Positions 1 to 13,597 of a DNA stretch of 64,000 nucleotides are shown piece after piece; position 1 is the stretch's first letter; each line of letters begins with the position of its first letter. The translations under genes and the position numbers were made by a program. Origin of the DNA: Cenococcum geophilum. Lineage: Eukaryota. The stretch spans positions 22,878,001 through 22,942,000 of the forward strand of contig CP158635.1 of NCBI GenBank assembly GCA_050273025.1, read 5' to 3'. Below the pieces are notes generated by a model. The model searched no databases. It worked only from the letters and a program-made list of their open reading frames with translations, and was not told where the DNA came from.

Positions 1-175
1 ATAGTTAGTAGTAAAGGCTCTAAAGGCTCTATTTTTATATTAAATTTAATTAAATATAAAGCTCTATTAAATATATTTTACTAAGCTAGCCTTTTTACCT
101 CTATAGTTAGCTTATAGCTAATAAGATTAATATTTAAACTTATTAACTAGAGTATAGTTAAAGCCCTACTAGAGT

Positions 176-3075
176 TAATATAATAATAATTCATTGCTTA
201 ACGTCCAATTCGGATCCCTATTAGGCCCACGCGGACTACTCCTTATATACATATAGGGAGAAAACTCTATTTAAGAAAACCCCGTAATCCATCTCCCTGC
301 CTTTTAGGACTCGCCTATAAAGCGCCTACAAGGCGCCTACGAGTCACTTATAGTACTCCTACTACCTTACTTTTTAACCTCTTTAGGAACTACTGCTGCC
401 GTAATAAGCCTACGGACGCGCTAGTATTATAAACTTTACTCTACTACTATAGAGTCATTAGGGGGCGCCCGTTGCTCGCCCCTTTACCCTCTATTACTAT
501 TTCCCTTATAACCTAGAACTGGTTTAGTATATTTTGGCTAATAAGCTACTAGGTAACCGCCTTAAGGCCTTTTTGTGTTAAGAGTAGTATATTATAGTTC
601 TCTGTGCTAGCTACTAAAAGTATTACTTCTTAGTTAATATATAAGGGGCATAACAGTATTACATATTTTGGTATCTGTTTTGGCCAGCTATATTTGCATC
701 TTAGGCTACCTACTAGAATACCTACCTAGTAGAGCCAGTCTTTTAGTCCTATTATTCCTGTTCTTAAGAGTGTCGCTATTATATTTTCTGCCTTTATTAG
801 GCCTTCTTAGAGCCCTAAAGTGTTTACCCCCTATAGCGTTAACCATACTATAGCTTGGGTTCCTCTTACCTTAGTTAGCCTCTATACCTTTAACTCCTAT
901 ACGCCTCTCTAGCGTTAGTCTAACCAGTATTATATTGCGGTAGATGGTTTCCTAGCATTCTTTTATGCTCTGCTTTAGCTCCTTTCTCTCTCTTACTATT
1001 ATCTTTGCTGGCCTCTTATATGTCTCCCTTCCTCCTCTATATAGGCCTAGGCCCTAAAGCAGCACTATTCTTCTTTTGCTTTCTTTACCTATTTCTCTAA
1101 TATATCTTCCCTACTTTGGGGTTATTAGTTTGTTTTCCTATAGGGCGCCCTAGGGTCCCTCTATAGTTTGTTTAGGCGTGTCTTAATATACTTTATAATA
1201 TTAGAGTTACGTTTATTTTAGGCCCTTTATATTGCAGCGGCTTTAATATATAATTATAGGGGGGGAATATTAGCTTCCTTTTTAAGTAGTGCTATGGCCG
1301 TTCGCTTATATCCGCCTATTATACTCTAAAGGTAGGCTGTTTAGACCTTTTAGAGTGGTTTAAGGAGCGACTTAGGGGGGCCTTTCTTAGATTCTCCAAT
1401 GGCCCAGATACTAGACCTATATATTATAGTTAGCCGGACAACTGCTATATATAGTAGGCGTAACCTTTAGAAGCATAGGCCCTATATAGAATTAACGATC
1501 CTAGATAATGCGATGTACTATGCTTGGCCCTTATAGGCCGCTTATGCCGTATATACGCTCCACTAGAGCTTGCTGTCTACCCATACTTCTAATACTCTTA
1601 GGCCCTAAACTAGTTAACCCTTAAAGCCTTAGATGCGGATTATATGCTAGAGATCTATAGATTGGTTGCGTTTTCTTATAAAATAGATTAGCTGGTATTT
1701 CTCTAGTAAGAATTAGACTCTATATTATCTTGCCCATTCTATATAGGTGTTATAAGCTTTCTCTAGCATTCTGCAATTCTTTGCGGCTAATAGCCTGTAT
1801 ATAATTAGGTTTATATTGTTAACGAAGCCTATTTTCTAGGTTGCCCCTTCCTTAAAGGAGTTAAGCAGGTTACTTATAAAGAAAAGGAAGAGTATAGGCG
1901 AGAGGGGTGATTTTTATAGTATTCCTATTATAACTGTAATAGAGGGGCTCTGGTATCCGCTAAAGACTAATAATATTTCTTTCTGACCTATAAACCCTTA
2001 GACAAATTATATAATTTATTCTAAAAAGCCTTTTGCCCTAAGGATATATAGGAGACGCTTATAGGGTATATTGTTATAGGCGCCACTAATGTCTAGGCTA
2101 AGCATTGATACTATAAAGTCCCTTCGCATCGCCTATGTAGATTTAATAGTGGCAGCGAATAGCGTAAGTGCTAATAGTATTAAGCGGTTCTTTCTTGCCC
2201 CTATTTGGCTCTATAGTAGTAGGGTATATTCCTTAGCCGTATCTGCTATGCGGTCCGCTATTACCTTTTCTAAGATCTTACTAAGGGTGTTTTTTAAGGC
2301 AATAGGGCGGTAGCTTCCTAGGATTAAGTAATTTACTTTACCTTCTTTTTATAGGATAACCGTCGTTATAGATCTTCCAAGTTATAGGTAGTAGCCTATA
2401 GTAAAGCATGCTCTAGCTATATCTGTAAGCTAGGGTGCTATAAGTGGTCTATAGGTCTTTAAGGCCTTATTTAGAATCCTATCTGGACCTAGTACTATAT
2501 TGTTTAAAAGGCGGCTAATAGTTCTGGCCATTTCCTCTATTATTATATCGCTATTAACCCGTAGGCGAGTTACCGGTGCTTTACCTGTGATATTACTAAG
2601 GTCTGCTGGAGCTAGTTAGGGGAAGAACCTCTTTATAAGGATCTTTACCTTTTTATCGTTATTATTAGTAGCCTATAATTCCCCTGCTCTTTATAGGGGT
2701 AGTAGGTATAAGTCTTCTACTAATTGCCCTACCTTTTTCTTTGCCTATTTTGCTATAGCCTATAGGCCCTTGTTATAGGGGAGGCTTAGGTTAAAAGTAT
2801 ACTTATTTATAAATCGTCTCCAGTTATTCCTTGCTTTTTTTTAGGGTATTCTTTAACTAGTTTCTTGTATCTTTATATCGTCTCTTATCTTCAGGGTTAT
2901 AGCTGCTTAAGTATTTCCTTCTTGCTCGTTGTTGGCTAGCTATAAGAACTGCGTATTATGCGGACTATATATATTGCGTATAGGGGCCTAGTCTTAAAAC
3001 CGGGCAGTGCTCTTCTAGCCCGTTTTTAATTGCTGCCTAGATTCTTTCTAGTCTTTGGTTAATTTCCTTAGGGGT
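176..3075 (-). mobile_element. 5'-truncated Tad1-like LINE, RIP-inactivated
   Basis: Reverse complement matches about 59057-61965, differing mostly by transitions. It has a (TAA)n tail at 176-190 and RT motifs on the minus strand (YRPIAL, LDISGAY, PLSPILF). Similarity ends at 3075. Confidence 0.9.
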
Positions 3076-3187
3076 CTATGGACCCGGATATTAAGATAAG
3101 AAGCAGAAGGTGGAAAAGGACACGTCTATATACATATGCTAAGGCTCAAGCAAGCCCCCTGACTAGATCCGTTACGGTGCCGTAACA
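3076..3187 (-). mobile_element. Probable LTR 5' part (TGTTAC start on minus strand), interrupted by the LINE
   Basis: Minus strand begins TGTTACGGCACCGTAACGG and includes a TATATA-like box. It appears to continue below base 175 on the other side of the LINE. Confidence 0.45.
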
Positions 3188-3784
3188 GTAATATCTTATA
3201 GAATTATTTAATTAATATAGACCTAAATATAGCTAGCTGTCTAAACTGGCTAGCGTTTATAACTACTATAACTTTTAGAGTTAATAATAAGGTTATACTT
3301 TAATTTCATATAGCTATTAATATAATTATTACTACTAATTATAAGTAAAACGCGTAGTCTTTAAGCTAGAGCCTCTTTTTTCCTAAAAGACCGTATTAAA
3401 AAAGGATTACTTTATACTTTTATATTAGTAATATAGGAGCTTTACCTAATAGTAACCGCTTATTAATAAGTTAGTATTTATATTTACTAGTAAGCTTAAC
3501 TAGATCTTAGCTAAAGGTCTAAATATCCTTAACTTCTAATAAAAGTTTTAACTTACTACCAAATCTTACCGCCAAGACAGCGAGCTGCTAGCTAGTTGCA
3601 GTTTTATAGCTGACTAACTGTCATAACTCTATAAGCTCGCTGACTGCTTACGTTATTAGCCTCTTAGCAGCGAAGCTGACAGCGTAACTAACTCTTGGAC
3701 ACACTGCTTTAAATATTATCCTTAGAACCCAATTCTGGGACCCTCTATTTTTAGCTAACCGTAGTTAGGGGATCTTAGTTACGT

Positions 3785-4160
3785 TTAAAGAATAGCTACG
3801 TTTAGAGAATTATTGGATGCCTAATTGGCCTAAAATGGCCAGTCCTCTTAGTAGCGCTAAATAGGAGAACTATATCTAGAGAATAGCTACGTCTAAAGAA
3901 CAGCTATGTTTAGAGAACAGCTATGTTTAGAGAACAGCTACGTCTAAAGAATAGCTATATGGAGGGTAGCCACGTCTAGAGAGTAGCCACTAGAGAATAG
4001 CTAATAGCCACGTTTAGAGAATAGCTATGTTTAGAGAATAGTTACGTTTAAAGAGTAAGAACGCTATATCTAACAGCTATATCTAGAATAGCTATGTCTA
4101 GAGTAGTTATATCTAGAGAATAACTAGTCTAACAAACAGTTATATTTGGAGAATAATAGT
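3785..4160. repeat. Degenerate minisatellite, about 21-bp unit (AGAGAATAGCTACGTCTAG-like)
   Basis: More than 10 visible imperfect tandem copies. Confidence 0.8.
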
Positions 4161-4894
4161 CTGTAAAAGTTATAACTAGTTTAAATCTTACCTGTTTTGC
4201 CTTCTTTCTACCGCGCCTAATATATCTTATTACTATAGATTTAAACGCGGTACTTTTGTAATATAGCCTTAAGAAGAAGTTTATAAAGCGCCTCTAAAGG
4301 TAAGTATAATATGAAATCTATAATCTGTTAAGCTCCTTAGCCTATCTATATAACTCCTCCGCCTCCCTACAGTCCTCTACTAACTAGCTATACTGCGCCA
4401 CCGCCCGTTCTAATAAACGTAACTCCTCCGCCTTCCTACCTAACTCCCCCACCAGATAATAACTATTAACCTCCTCTATAGGCTACTAATCTAGCTATAG
4501 GAGGATCTACTATTAAAGAACAACTTTTATGTCTTAAAGCGATAATTATAGAATTACTAAATGCGTAGCGCGCTTATGGCTAGGGTTCTAGGGCTGCCTA
4601 TAATCCGCTTTTAGATATTACTTATTATAGACTAGCTTTTAATATAAGGGTAGATAGATAAGGGAGTTTAAATTAGTATGGTTGTTTTATCCGAGCTCCC
4701 TTAGTTTCCTTTAATTGTTATTCTTCTACATATTTACTTTATTCTCCTATTAGGGTTCGCGCGTTTAGTCTTTACTTACGGGTGCCTTTAGAGTATATTC
4801 CGAACATAAAAACTTATAGAAATTAAAAAGGGTAAGATAAATGGAGATAATAAGTTTACTAAGGAAGTTAATCGGAATTTTACGGCCTACTATA

Positions 4895-5110
4895 TAGTTA
4901 GCCTATTTACCGGTTAAACCTAATAACTAGTTAGCCTATTTACTAGTTAAACCTATTAAATAGTTAGCCTATTTATTAGTAACCCCAATAACTAGTTAGC
5001 CTATTTACTAGTTAAACCTAATAACTAGTCAGCCTATTAGTTAAATCTATTAACTAGTTAACCTAATTAACTAAGCCTAATTAACAGCCCTATTTACCAG
5101 TTAACCCTAT
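4895..5110. repeat. Degenerate minisatellite, about 32-bp unit (AGTTAGCCTATTTACTAGTTAAACC-like)
   Basis: About 6 imperfect tandem copies. Confidence 0.8.
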
Positions 5111-8100
5111 TTAAATAATTAAACTCCACTTAACCTAATTGCAGAATTGTGAATTAAAAATATCCTATATATAGTATTTGCTAGTTATTATAGTACTGCA
5201 AATATAGAATTTCATTATGGTTTTATGGGAGGATGTTAGTTTGATAATTTGTAGTCCTATACTTAGCTCTACAGAACGCACGCCCTTTTAGCATATAGGT
5301 AGATATACATTTAGAATTTAGCTACCCTTTCTCTTTCTTTACATTTATTCTTATTAATAGTTGGTAGTAGTACGTTGCTTAACTACACTGTCTATTGGCT
5401 AGTAATATATATACATTCCAATAAATTTGCGTTATGTAGCTTTAGTATAATATAAACATATAGAATACTTATATTATTAGGGGGTATATAGATATATATA
5501 GGCGACCTTAAATCTAAACGTATACTAGGATACTGTCTTATCCGCTATAAATAATAGGGCATAGCGCTAAGCAGGCTATTCTACTATGGGTTTAGTTAGT
5601 AAGCATTCTAAGAGGATATTTCCCCTCCAGATGCTCCGGCTAAGAGCTTAAATACTATTAAATATTTTGCTAAAAATAATAGGGCTATATAATAGGAAAG
5701 GCCACTAGAAATAAATTACTCTTAGGGTAATACTTTTAGGCCATAAGTTGCTCCCAGGCGCTGCGGCCGTATACTTTCTATAGGTAGTTATTTCTTTAGC
5801 CGCATAATTTTTACAGGCTGCTATTACTAGCACTCGGCTTCTGGTTATCTAGGTAGGGCTTTTAGGAGGGCTTAATATCTAAGAGATTTAATCTTAGGAG
5901 GGTCGATCCTAAAAGGGATGCAATTTTAGGAGAAATAATTATTCTATTATAGGGTGCTATGGAACTTTTAAAAATATATTCCTTAGAAACCTAAAACTCC
6001 TAAAAAAACTAATTCTCTTAGAAGTCTTAGGTTTCTAAGAGCTTAATTCTAGGTCTAGGACTGCTAGGAGACTATTACTGGGACTTAGCTACTTAGACTT
6101 AAAGGCTCCTTAGAGAATTAATCCTAAAAGCCTAAGGCTTTTAGGAGACTAAAAATAGAGCACCTAATTTTGTTGTAAGGTTAAAAACATTCTAAATTAG
6201 ACGCTCTTAGAGACCACAAAAAATAATCACTATTAAAAATTACACCCCTCTAAAATTAAACCCTTTTCTCTACCGCTTTCTTCTTCTAGCCCTTGCTATA
6301 TATGAGCTTAGATTAACTATAGAGAACCTTATAAGAGTTTGCGATTATACTGCCTGCTCTTAGCATAAATATAACGCCAATCGACCCTTAGACGCCCGTG
6401 TTAATACTAGTGAATATATCCGCTAAGTGAATATTAAGGCCTCCTATTAAGTACGAATTGGAATTTTCTACCTTTGTGGATTCTAGACCCTCTAAAGAGG
6501 GTATATTTATATACCCTTAGCTGCTAATATAAGCAGCCGTGTAGGAGGGCTAAGTGAAAACTAGACTAGCTTAGAAAAAGGGCCGGTTAAATATTTATTA
6601 GTAATTTACCGTAATAGAACTAGTTCTCTTTTCTAACCCCTATCCCTATAAAGTGAAATGCCCCGCGTTCCCAACAAAAATTGGGGTACTTAAGCTTTTA
6701 GGAACTCGAATTCTATACATATATTAATATTTAGTATTAATTAACCCCTTATAATTAAATGGTTTACTACCTTTAACTATAGGCTTATAAAGAGACGAGG
6801 TAGGACTTAAGATATTAATCGGTCTAAGTAGCTTCGGTATAGTGGGTTTTTCGTTACGCCGGGGAAGGTTACTAATTTTAGCGCTAAATAAGAACTTATA
6901 ATATATGCAAGGTTCTAAACGGGACCAGCATCTATTTATAAAGAGGGGCAGAAACAGATTATATTCTGTCGCTAGAATATATTGTATTGGATACTAGCCC
7001 TAACGCTAGTCTTATTTAGGTTAGGGGGGACACGCGATAAACTTTATCCTTTATGACACGTAGATCTTAGAGAATTAATTATCTACTAATAATACTATAT
7101 AGTATATATTATTATAATATATATATTCTGCACGTTATTAAAGCATACCAACACATTTAAAGAGTTATTAGGGCCTTAAATTGGTTCCTAAGGGGGGCTC
7201 CCTTAGGGACTGGAACTATATATATCCATACGTACACTTAGTGGAGAGTTTTATCCAACTTTAACTTATCCTCGTGCTATAATTAGGCACCCAACGCTTA
7301 ACCAAATTTGGTTTAGCGGAAAGAGGAACCTTTAGCTATATAATAATTTGCATTAATTAATTCTTAGCTCGTAATATCCTCTAAATAAGGAGCTATTAGG
7401 AGTTTATAGAACGAGGTCATCCTTAATAGCGACGTTCTATAGGTTCGTTAGACACTTATATCTTATATTTAAAAAAGAAAGCAGCACCCTATTTAATATC
7501 CTCGCTATTTTAATATAATACTATTGCTTATAGGGGAATATAATAAGTGACTAGGTACTTATCTCCAATACTTACCTCTGCGCCCTTAGGCATGTATAAA
7601 TGTAGGGTTCTTCGGATTTGCCTCTAAGGTTTATTTCCGCTTTTAAACCTAAGTGTATAGGATTTTAAACTAAGCTATAACTAAGCGAATATAAGCTGTG
7701 GCAGTATAAAATTAAGTAAGCCTAAGCTAATTAGGACCTAGTTTTTAGTCCTATTTTTATAGGGTTCCGCCTAGTTCCTAGCCCCTTAAGGCTGTTAGGC
7801 TCTAAGTTCTGGCCCCTAAGTCTTAAGTAAACTTGCCCTTTGTTACGACCGAAGGCAATAACTTATCGGCGTTTTCGCTACTTATACTACCCGCCCTATT
7901 GTAAATAGTTAGCGCCGTATAGTCCTCGCAGTTCTTAGCAAGCCTTATAAAACTTTATACTATATTTCTATACAATCTCTTCTAAGACCCTATATTAGTC
8001 GTCAGCCTAAAGTGCGAAAATCTACTATAGTACGTACAAAAATCGGAGTCCGATTTGCAAGTAATTGTATAATAAAAAACTCAGAATTCTAATCTCTTTT

Positions 8101-8311
8101 AGATGGGGTGGTTCCTTTAGAACTTATAGCTGGTTTGGCTATACTAGCCCTCCTAATAGGGGGCATAGACCAATACACAGCTATATAGCGTTGCATTACT
8201 CTACTTCGCTCTACTTTACTTTCCTTTACGTACCTACCTACTTTACCTTACTTTATCTACCTTACTTTACTTTACTTACTTTTCTTCTCTCTACCATTTA
8301 AGCCTTTCTAT

Positions 8312-9120
8312 AAATGGCTTTATAGCTCCTATACCTACGCTTATAAATTATACTAGCCTTATCACCGTGCTTAATAATGGGATTTAGAGGGTTTTAAGCG
8401 GATTCTTCCCCCTAGAAGATCTTAAGGAAAATAGGTTATTAAAGGTAGTAACCGTCGTTAGGGAGGACCTAGACACGATTATTAGTAATAATTACTGTAA
8501 AAAAGCTAGGATAATCCTTGTTAAGCTCTTGTCTATTTCCCTTAAAGTCTTCTTTCTATACGCTATTAGCACCACCCTAAATATACTTAGTAAACTATAC
8601 TAGAACCTACGCGGTAAATAGGTACGCGCTATAACTACTAATATTTACGCCAATACTATCTCTAATTAGTGGCGCACCGTAGCTAAGCTAGAGGGCCTAG
8701 CTTAGGCGATTAAGCACTACGCCGCTTGGCTCTCTATACCGCTAGACTAGCTAAAGAGCCTAGATTAGAAGATGGAACGCCGCGATAATCTACCCTATAG
8801 GGCGATGCCGTAGGGAGGGGTGTCTTTAACAACGCCCCTATATAACCTACTAGATTTTTTAAAGGATAAATATATAGACGCACTAGTGTAGATTAACTGC
8901 TTATTTAATAAGTACTCTCTACTCTTTATTAAGTTTAGACTAGCGGAATAGGGTATAAGAATAGAGTTCGGCCTGGGTATTATAAAGGCGGTTATAGAGT
9001 ATAGTATATAAAGGGAGGCTACCTATATTTAGCTAGCGGAATAAAGCTAGTAGTATATTTTATTATATTAATATAAGACGATATATCGGCCTACCTAGTA
9101 TTATATACTAGTTGCCAGCG
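8312..9120 (+). pseudogene. RIP-decayed gene of unknown function
   Basis: One long protein-like frame (NGFIAPIPTL...GIRIEFGLGIIKAVIE) broken only by TAG/TAA at plausible Q/W codons. Ends are approximate. Confidence 0.55.
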
Positions 9121-9790
9121 TCCACAATAAGAAGGAAATGCTCGTCCTTAAGATGCTGCCTCGTCTCCACGTTTTCCGTTTTAATATTGCTGTATATTTT
9201 ACCGCCTACCCGCACCGCGCCGTTCTTACTATATACCCTAACTACTACGCTATAAAGCTTTCGCCCCTACGGTAGGCCTTTTTAAAAAGAGGAAAACTAA
9301 CTTATTCTAACCTTTTAGTCTCTAAGCATTATAGAGTTAGTAGATAGGAACTAGCGTACTAATTATTAGTGCTCTTATAAGGGGGAGGGGTATATAAGAA
9401 ATAGGGGTTTGAGATAAGACTTACCTTATTTTAGATTAGTTGCTAAAGCGCTATATTATTTTACATAACGTTATTTACAACTAGCGTCTTTCTATCTATA
9501 CTAGGACGTAGAAGTAAATCTTATTAATAGAGTCTTAATAGCCGCCGCTATAGGTCTATAGCCCCAAAGTAACTTGGTTAGTTAGTAGTATTTTATATAT
9601 AGAGGTAAATCCTAAAGCGACTATAACCCTATAAAGATTGGAAGTTTTAGATACAGTTTTATTAGTAAAATAGGTACTTTTTAAAAAGTCCTAATAGAAA
9701 GGTAACTACTTATGTAGCTGCCTATAGTAAACTTTTGCTTTACTAAGTAGGGCGATATATATACTAGATAAGCGCGATGCTAAAGGTATA
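9110..9790 (-). pseudogene. RIP-decayed intron-containing gene of unknown function, convergent with the previous one
   Basis: Frame (M)PLASRLSS...YRQLHK*LPFY*DFL...VIVALGF, followed by a GTAAGT...CTAAT..TAG intron at about 9425-9359. Confidence 0.5.
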
Positions 9791-11070
9791 ATTAAGTTAA
9801 TTAGGTAAAGTAAAGTAAAGTAAAGTAAAGTAGAGTATAGGATAAGGAAAGCAGTAGTGTAGGGGGGAGGGGGGGGGTATATGCCGTACTGCAGGGGATA
9901 GGAGAAGTAAAGTAAAGTATAAGTACGTAAAGTGAAGTAAAGTAGAGTAAAAGTAAAGTAAGGTGGGAACCTATATTATTAACGAATTAGTAATATTTAG
10001 CTTTAGCCTTATACGTTTTAGCTATAATAATAGGCCAAAAAGCTAGCTAGCAAAGGCCCTAAGGATTTAAAAATCCTTCTCTGCTAGGTAGATCTTAAAT
10101 CGTTAAGCTTAAACCCTACCTTTTATAGTATTTGGGGTAAGGTATATTCCTAGCATAAGCTTACCTTACTTTAGTAGGAGGTAAGACGACTGCGATACGC
10201 TAAAGATGCTGTATATAGACGTTCCATATTTTATACCTACTAGAGGAAATAAGATTAAGTAGTTATAGTTTAGCTGTCTTTACGTTACGGAACTACTAAG
10301 AAGGGGTTCTATAATTAGTAGTTGTATTTAAAAAGGTATATATTTCCTATAGCATTTTAAAGCTTATATCCCTTATTAGAGTCTGCCGTAAGCACCCTAT
10401 CTATTATTAAATATCGGACCGCGCCTTTGCGTCCCTTATACCGGCGAATACCCTCGCTAGGCTAGTATTTAGCGATATCTATAACGCCCTTACGTCTTGG
10501 CGCTAGAATAACTAAGTAAATAACGCTTAAGCTACCCTCCGCTGTGTACTTATCGAGCCTAAGCAGATATATAATAATAAGATAGTTCGCCTTTAATATA
10601 AGATAGAATGTACTAAGTATAATACTAATAGTAAAGTAAGCGAAACCCTTACGGAGCTAGATACTAACACTAAGGAGCAGCTTTAAAAGCTTAATATAGT
10701 CTAGGTCGGCTGTTATCTATTAGGGCTATAGTCTCTACTAGCTATACCGGAGAGGGGATAGGTAGTGGGAAAGGGCCCTTTAGAAAACATACCCATTAAC
10801 CTACTTCTCTACACTAGGTCTTTTATAAAGTCGTATAATATTAACCTCCAGAACCCCTATACGCGGTTTAACTTTTTTTTAAAAGTAAGGGCCTTTATAT
10901 TATAGGCTACTCTAGGTCTTTATTGGCGCAGCTAACGGTTAATAGAGACGCAGCTACGCGGCGGCCGTATTACTTAAACTAGTATAGTATAAAGATACTA
11001 CTTAATAAGCTTAAATACTACTTCTAGTAAACGGAATTTGCTGCTAAAGATAATTTTAAGGAAGCGCGTA

Positions 11071-13597
11071 CATCAGCATTTTGTTGGGGTGCCAAGATCC
11101 TGGAGGCTCCTGGCAGGATTTTAATTTTCCTGATCGTCCTGACAGGCTCCTGACAGGAACCTACTATCCTGATGCGATCCTGACAGGACCCTACCATCCT
11201 GATGCGTTCCTGATGCGTTCCTGACAAGACCCTATTATCCTAATGCGTTCCTGACAGGACTCTATCATCCTAATGCGTTCCTAACAGGACTATTATCCTG
11301 ATGCGTTCCTGACAGGAACGCCCCCCCTAAGCGACGCCCCCCACGAAGCTCTGCACGAAGCTCTGCACGAAGCTCTGCACGAAGCTCTGCACGAAGCTCT
11401 ACACGAAGCTCTACACGAAGCTCTACGCATAGAGGCTCTGCACGAGGCTCTGCGCGAAGCTCTGCGTACGGAGGCTCTACACGAAGCTCTGCACAAAGGT
11501 CTACACGAAGCGACACATATTACTATCGGGTCCCCGCTATATTCCCGATAGCGTCTACACGTGCCTCTGCCAAGTATGTCCCCTATGTAGCTACCTTAAT
11601 TTTTTTTGGTCGCCACTAATCGTACACCCCCTAAATGATATTCGTACACCCCCCAATTGATATTCGTACACCCCCTACCTTATTTAGTTTAGACACTTCC
11701 TCACTAAGTTAGATCATCACGTGCGTTTGACTTATTTGCGCCTGTATTGCGAAAATCAAAGTACGCGCCATGTAAGTTTTATAACAGTAACATCACGATT
11801 AAGTCTTAATTTTAGTTATAGTATAAGTAGTAGAGTCTAAATTTAGATCACGCCTAAGTTAATTAATTGGATTGCGTAGTGCTTTGTAAGGCGTTATATA
11901 AACTAATTTAGGTACTGCTACCTCTGCTTTGCGCCTACGCCCGCGCCTGCGCCCAGTAGGACCCAAATTAACACCTCTACTTTATATCTAAGAGCCTGCA
12001 ATTATAGAGCGTCGTAGTAGTCGGCCGATTAACTTTATAGCTGGCTCTATAACTGCTAATCGCGTTAACTTATAGAAAGCCCTTAGCATTTAAGCGAAAT
12101 ACTGGCTATACTATGGGCTCGTACTTTAATTTTTGTAATGCAGGCGCAAATAAGTCAAACGCACGTGATAATCTAACTTAGTGAGGAAGCGTCTAAACTT
12201 AGTGAGGAAGTGTCTAAACTAAATAAGGTAGGGGGTGTACGAATATCAATTGGGGGGTGTACGAATATCATTTAGGGGGTGTACGATTAGTGGCGACCTT
12301 TTTTTTACCCTTCCTTCCTTACATCCTCCCTACCTAGGGAGGTACCAGAACGGGAGCTAGCAGAGGACCGTCGCCAGAACCAGACGACCGTCGTAGAACT
12401 AGACGACCGTTACCAGGACCAGACGACCGTTCGAACAACTAGCCAGCGAACACTACGAACGATTTAATCAATCGATCGATCGAATTGAACCAAAGCTTCG
12501 ATATCGGCCCGTCACCGAATCGAATTAAGGCCTACTAGGGAGGCACCCCAGACAACCACCGTTCGAATGTACAGCTAGAGCCTTCGACCAGGCCGACCCC
12601 CCCCCCCCCCGAATTAAATCTGACACTAATACATAGGCAGGCAGGCAGGCAGGCAGGCAGGTAGACAGACAGACAGACAGGAAGGCAGGTAGTCAGGCCC
12701 TAGGCCTAGTTAGGAAATCAGTACACGGCCAGCGGATTATCGGGAATACCGCCAATCGACGATTTGGAGCCTCTGCGAAGGCTTCCCCCTCGATTGATCG
12801 CTCAACACTTGAGCGATTGTCCCCCTAGAACGACGCAGAGCTCCTATGACAGACATAGGTAGTAGGCAGGAAGGGCAGCCAGCGAACGGCCGTAGAGAAC
12901 GATTCGAATCGAGTAGAGCCCTCGATTAGGCCGACCCCTCCCCAAATTAAATCAGACACTGACACAGGCAGGCAGGTAGGCAAGCAGGTAGGTAAGCAGG
13001 CAGGTAAGCAGGCAGGTAAGCAGGCAGGTAGGCAGGCAGGTAGGCCCTAGGCCTAGTTAGGAAATCAGTACACGGCCGGGGGATTATCGAGAACACCGCC
13101 AATCGACGATTTGGAGCCTCTGCGAAGGCTTCTCCCTCGATCGATCGCTCAACGATCGTCCCCCTAGAACGACGCAGGGCTCCTATGACAGACAGATACA
13201 GGCAGTAGGCAGGAAGGATCAATTTGGATTATGCATCCTGTATATAGCATAGGGCTCAAAATTAAACTAATTTTCATATTTATTGGCTGGCTGTGAATAC
13301 TAGAGCATTAATACACCTTATTTTTAAATTTCCTAATTATTATCCTAATTGTCCTAATTGTACTGATGGTCCTGATGGTCCTGGAGATCCTGGAGGTCCT
13401 AGAGGTCCTGATGGTCCTGGAGATCCTGGAGGTCCTGGTGGTCCGTATGGTCCGTGTGGTCCGGGTGGTCCGGGTGCGCTCCTGACAGGCTCCTGACAGG
13501 ATACCGAGTGTGAGTGTCTCCTGGGGCTCCTGACAGCCCTGTCAAGAGCTGTCAGGAGCTGTCAGTACTGTCAGGAGGCATGAACATTTTGCTGATG
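11071..13597. mobile_element. Unclassified non-autonomous element with CATCAGCA terminal inverted repeats and TCCTGACAG subterminal repeats
   Basis: CATCAGCA at 11071 and TGCTGATG ending at 13597, with arrays of TCCTGACAG at both ends. It interrupts the kinase frame. No clean TSD is visible. Confidence 0.7.
11608..12298. mobile_element. MITE with about 160-bp TIRs (Mutator-like), nested in the previous element
   Basis: GGTCGCCACTAATCGTACACCCCC... is near-perfectly inverted at the right end. It is flanked by T8 on both sides (11600-11607 and 12299-12306). Confidence 0.85.

Noticed and set aside
668..853. ORFs 668-853, 2089-2313 and 61281-61466
   Set aside because: They are antisense by-products of RIP-damaged LINE copies.
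6300..8050. Possible Starship captain (DUF3435) or DUF3723 gene
   Set aside because: Hand translation of the frames I tried showed no recognisable recombinase or DUF3723 motifs. It is left as an unidentified decayed gene.
11120..11320. Regularly spaced repeats superficially like a CRISPR array
   Set aside because: There are no unique spacers or cas genes and the context is eukaryotic. These are tandem subterminal repeats of a transposon-like element.
13293..13496. Collagen-like (GPD/GPG) ORF
   Set aside because: It is short, starts at GTG and arises from a 9-bp tandem repeat inside a non-autonomous element.
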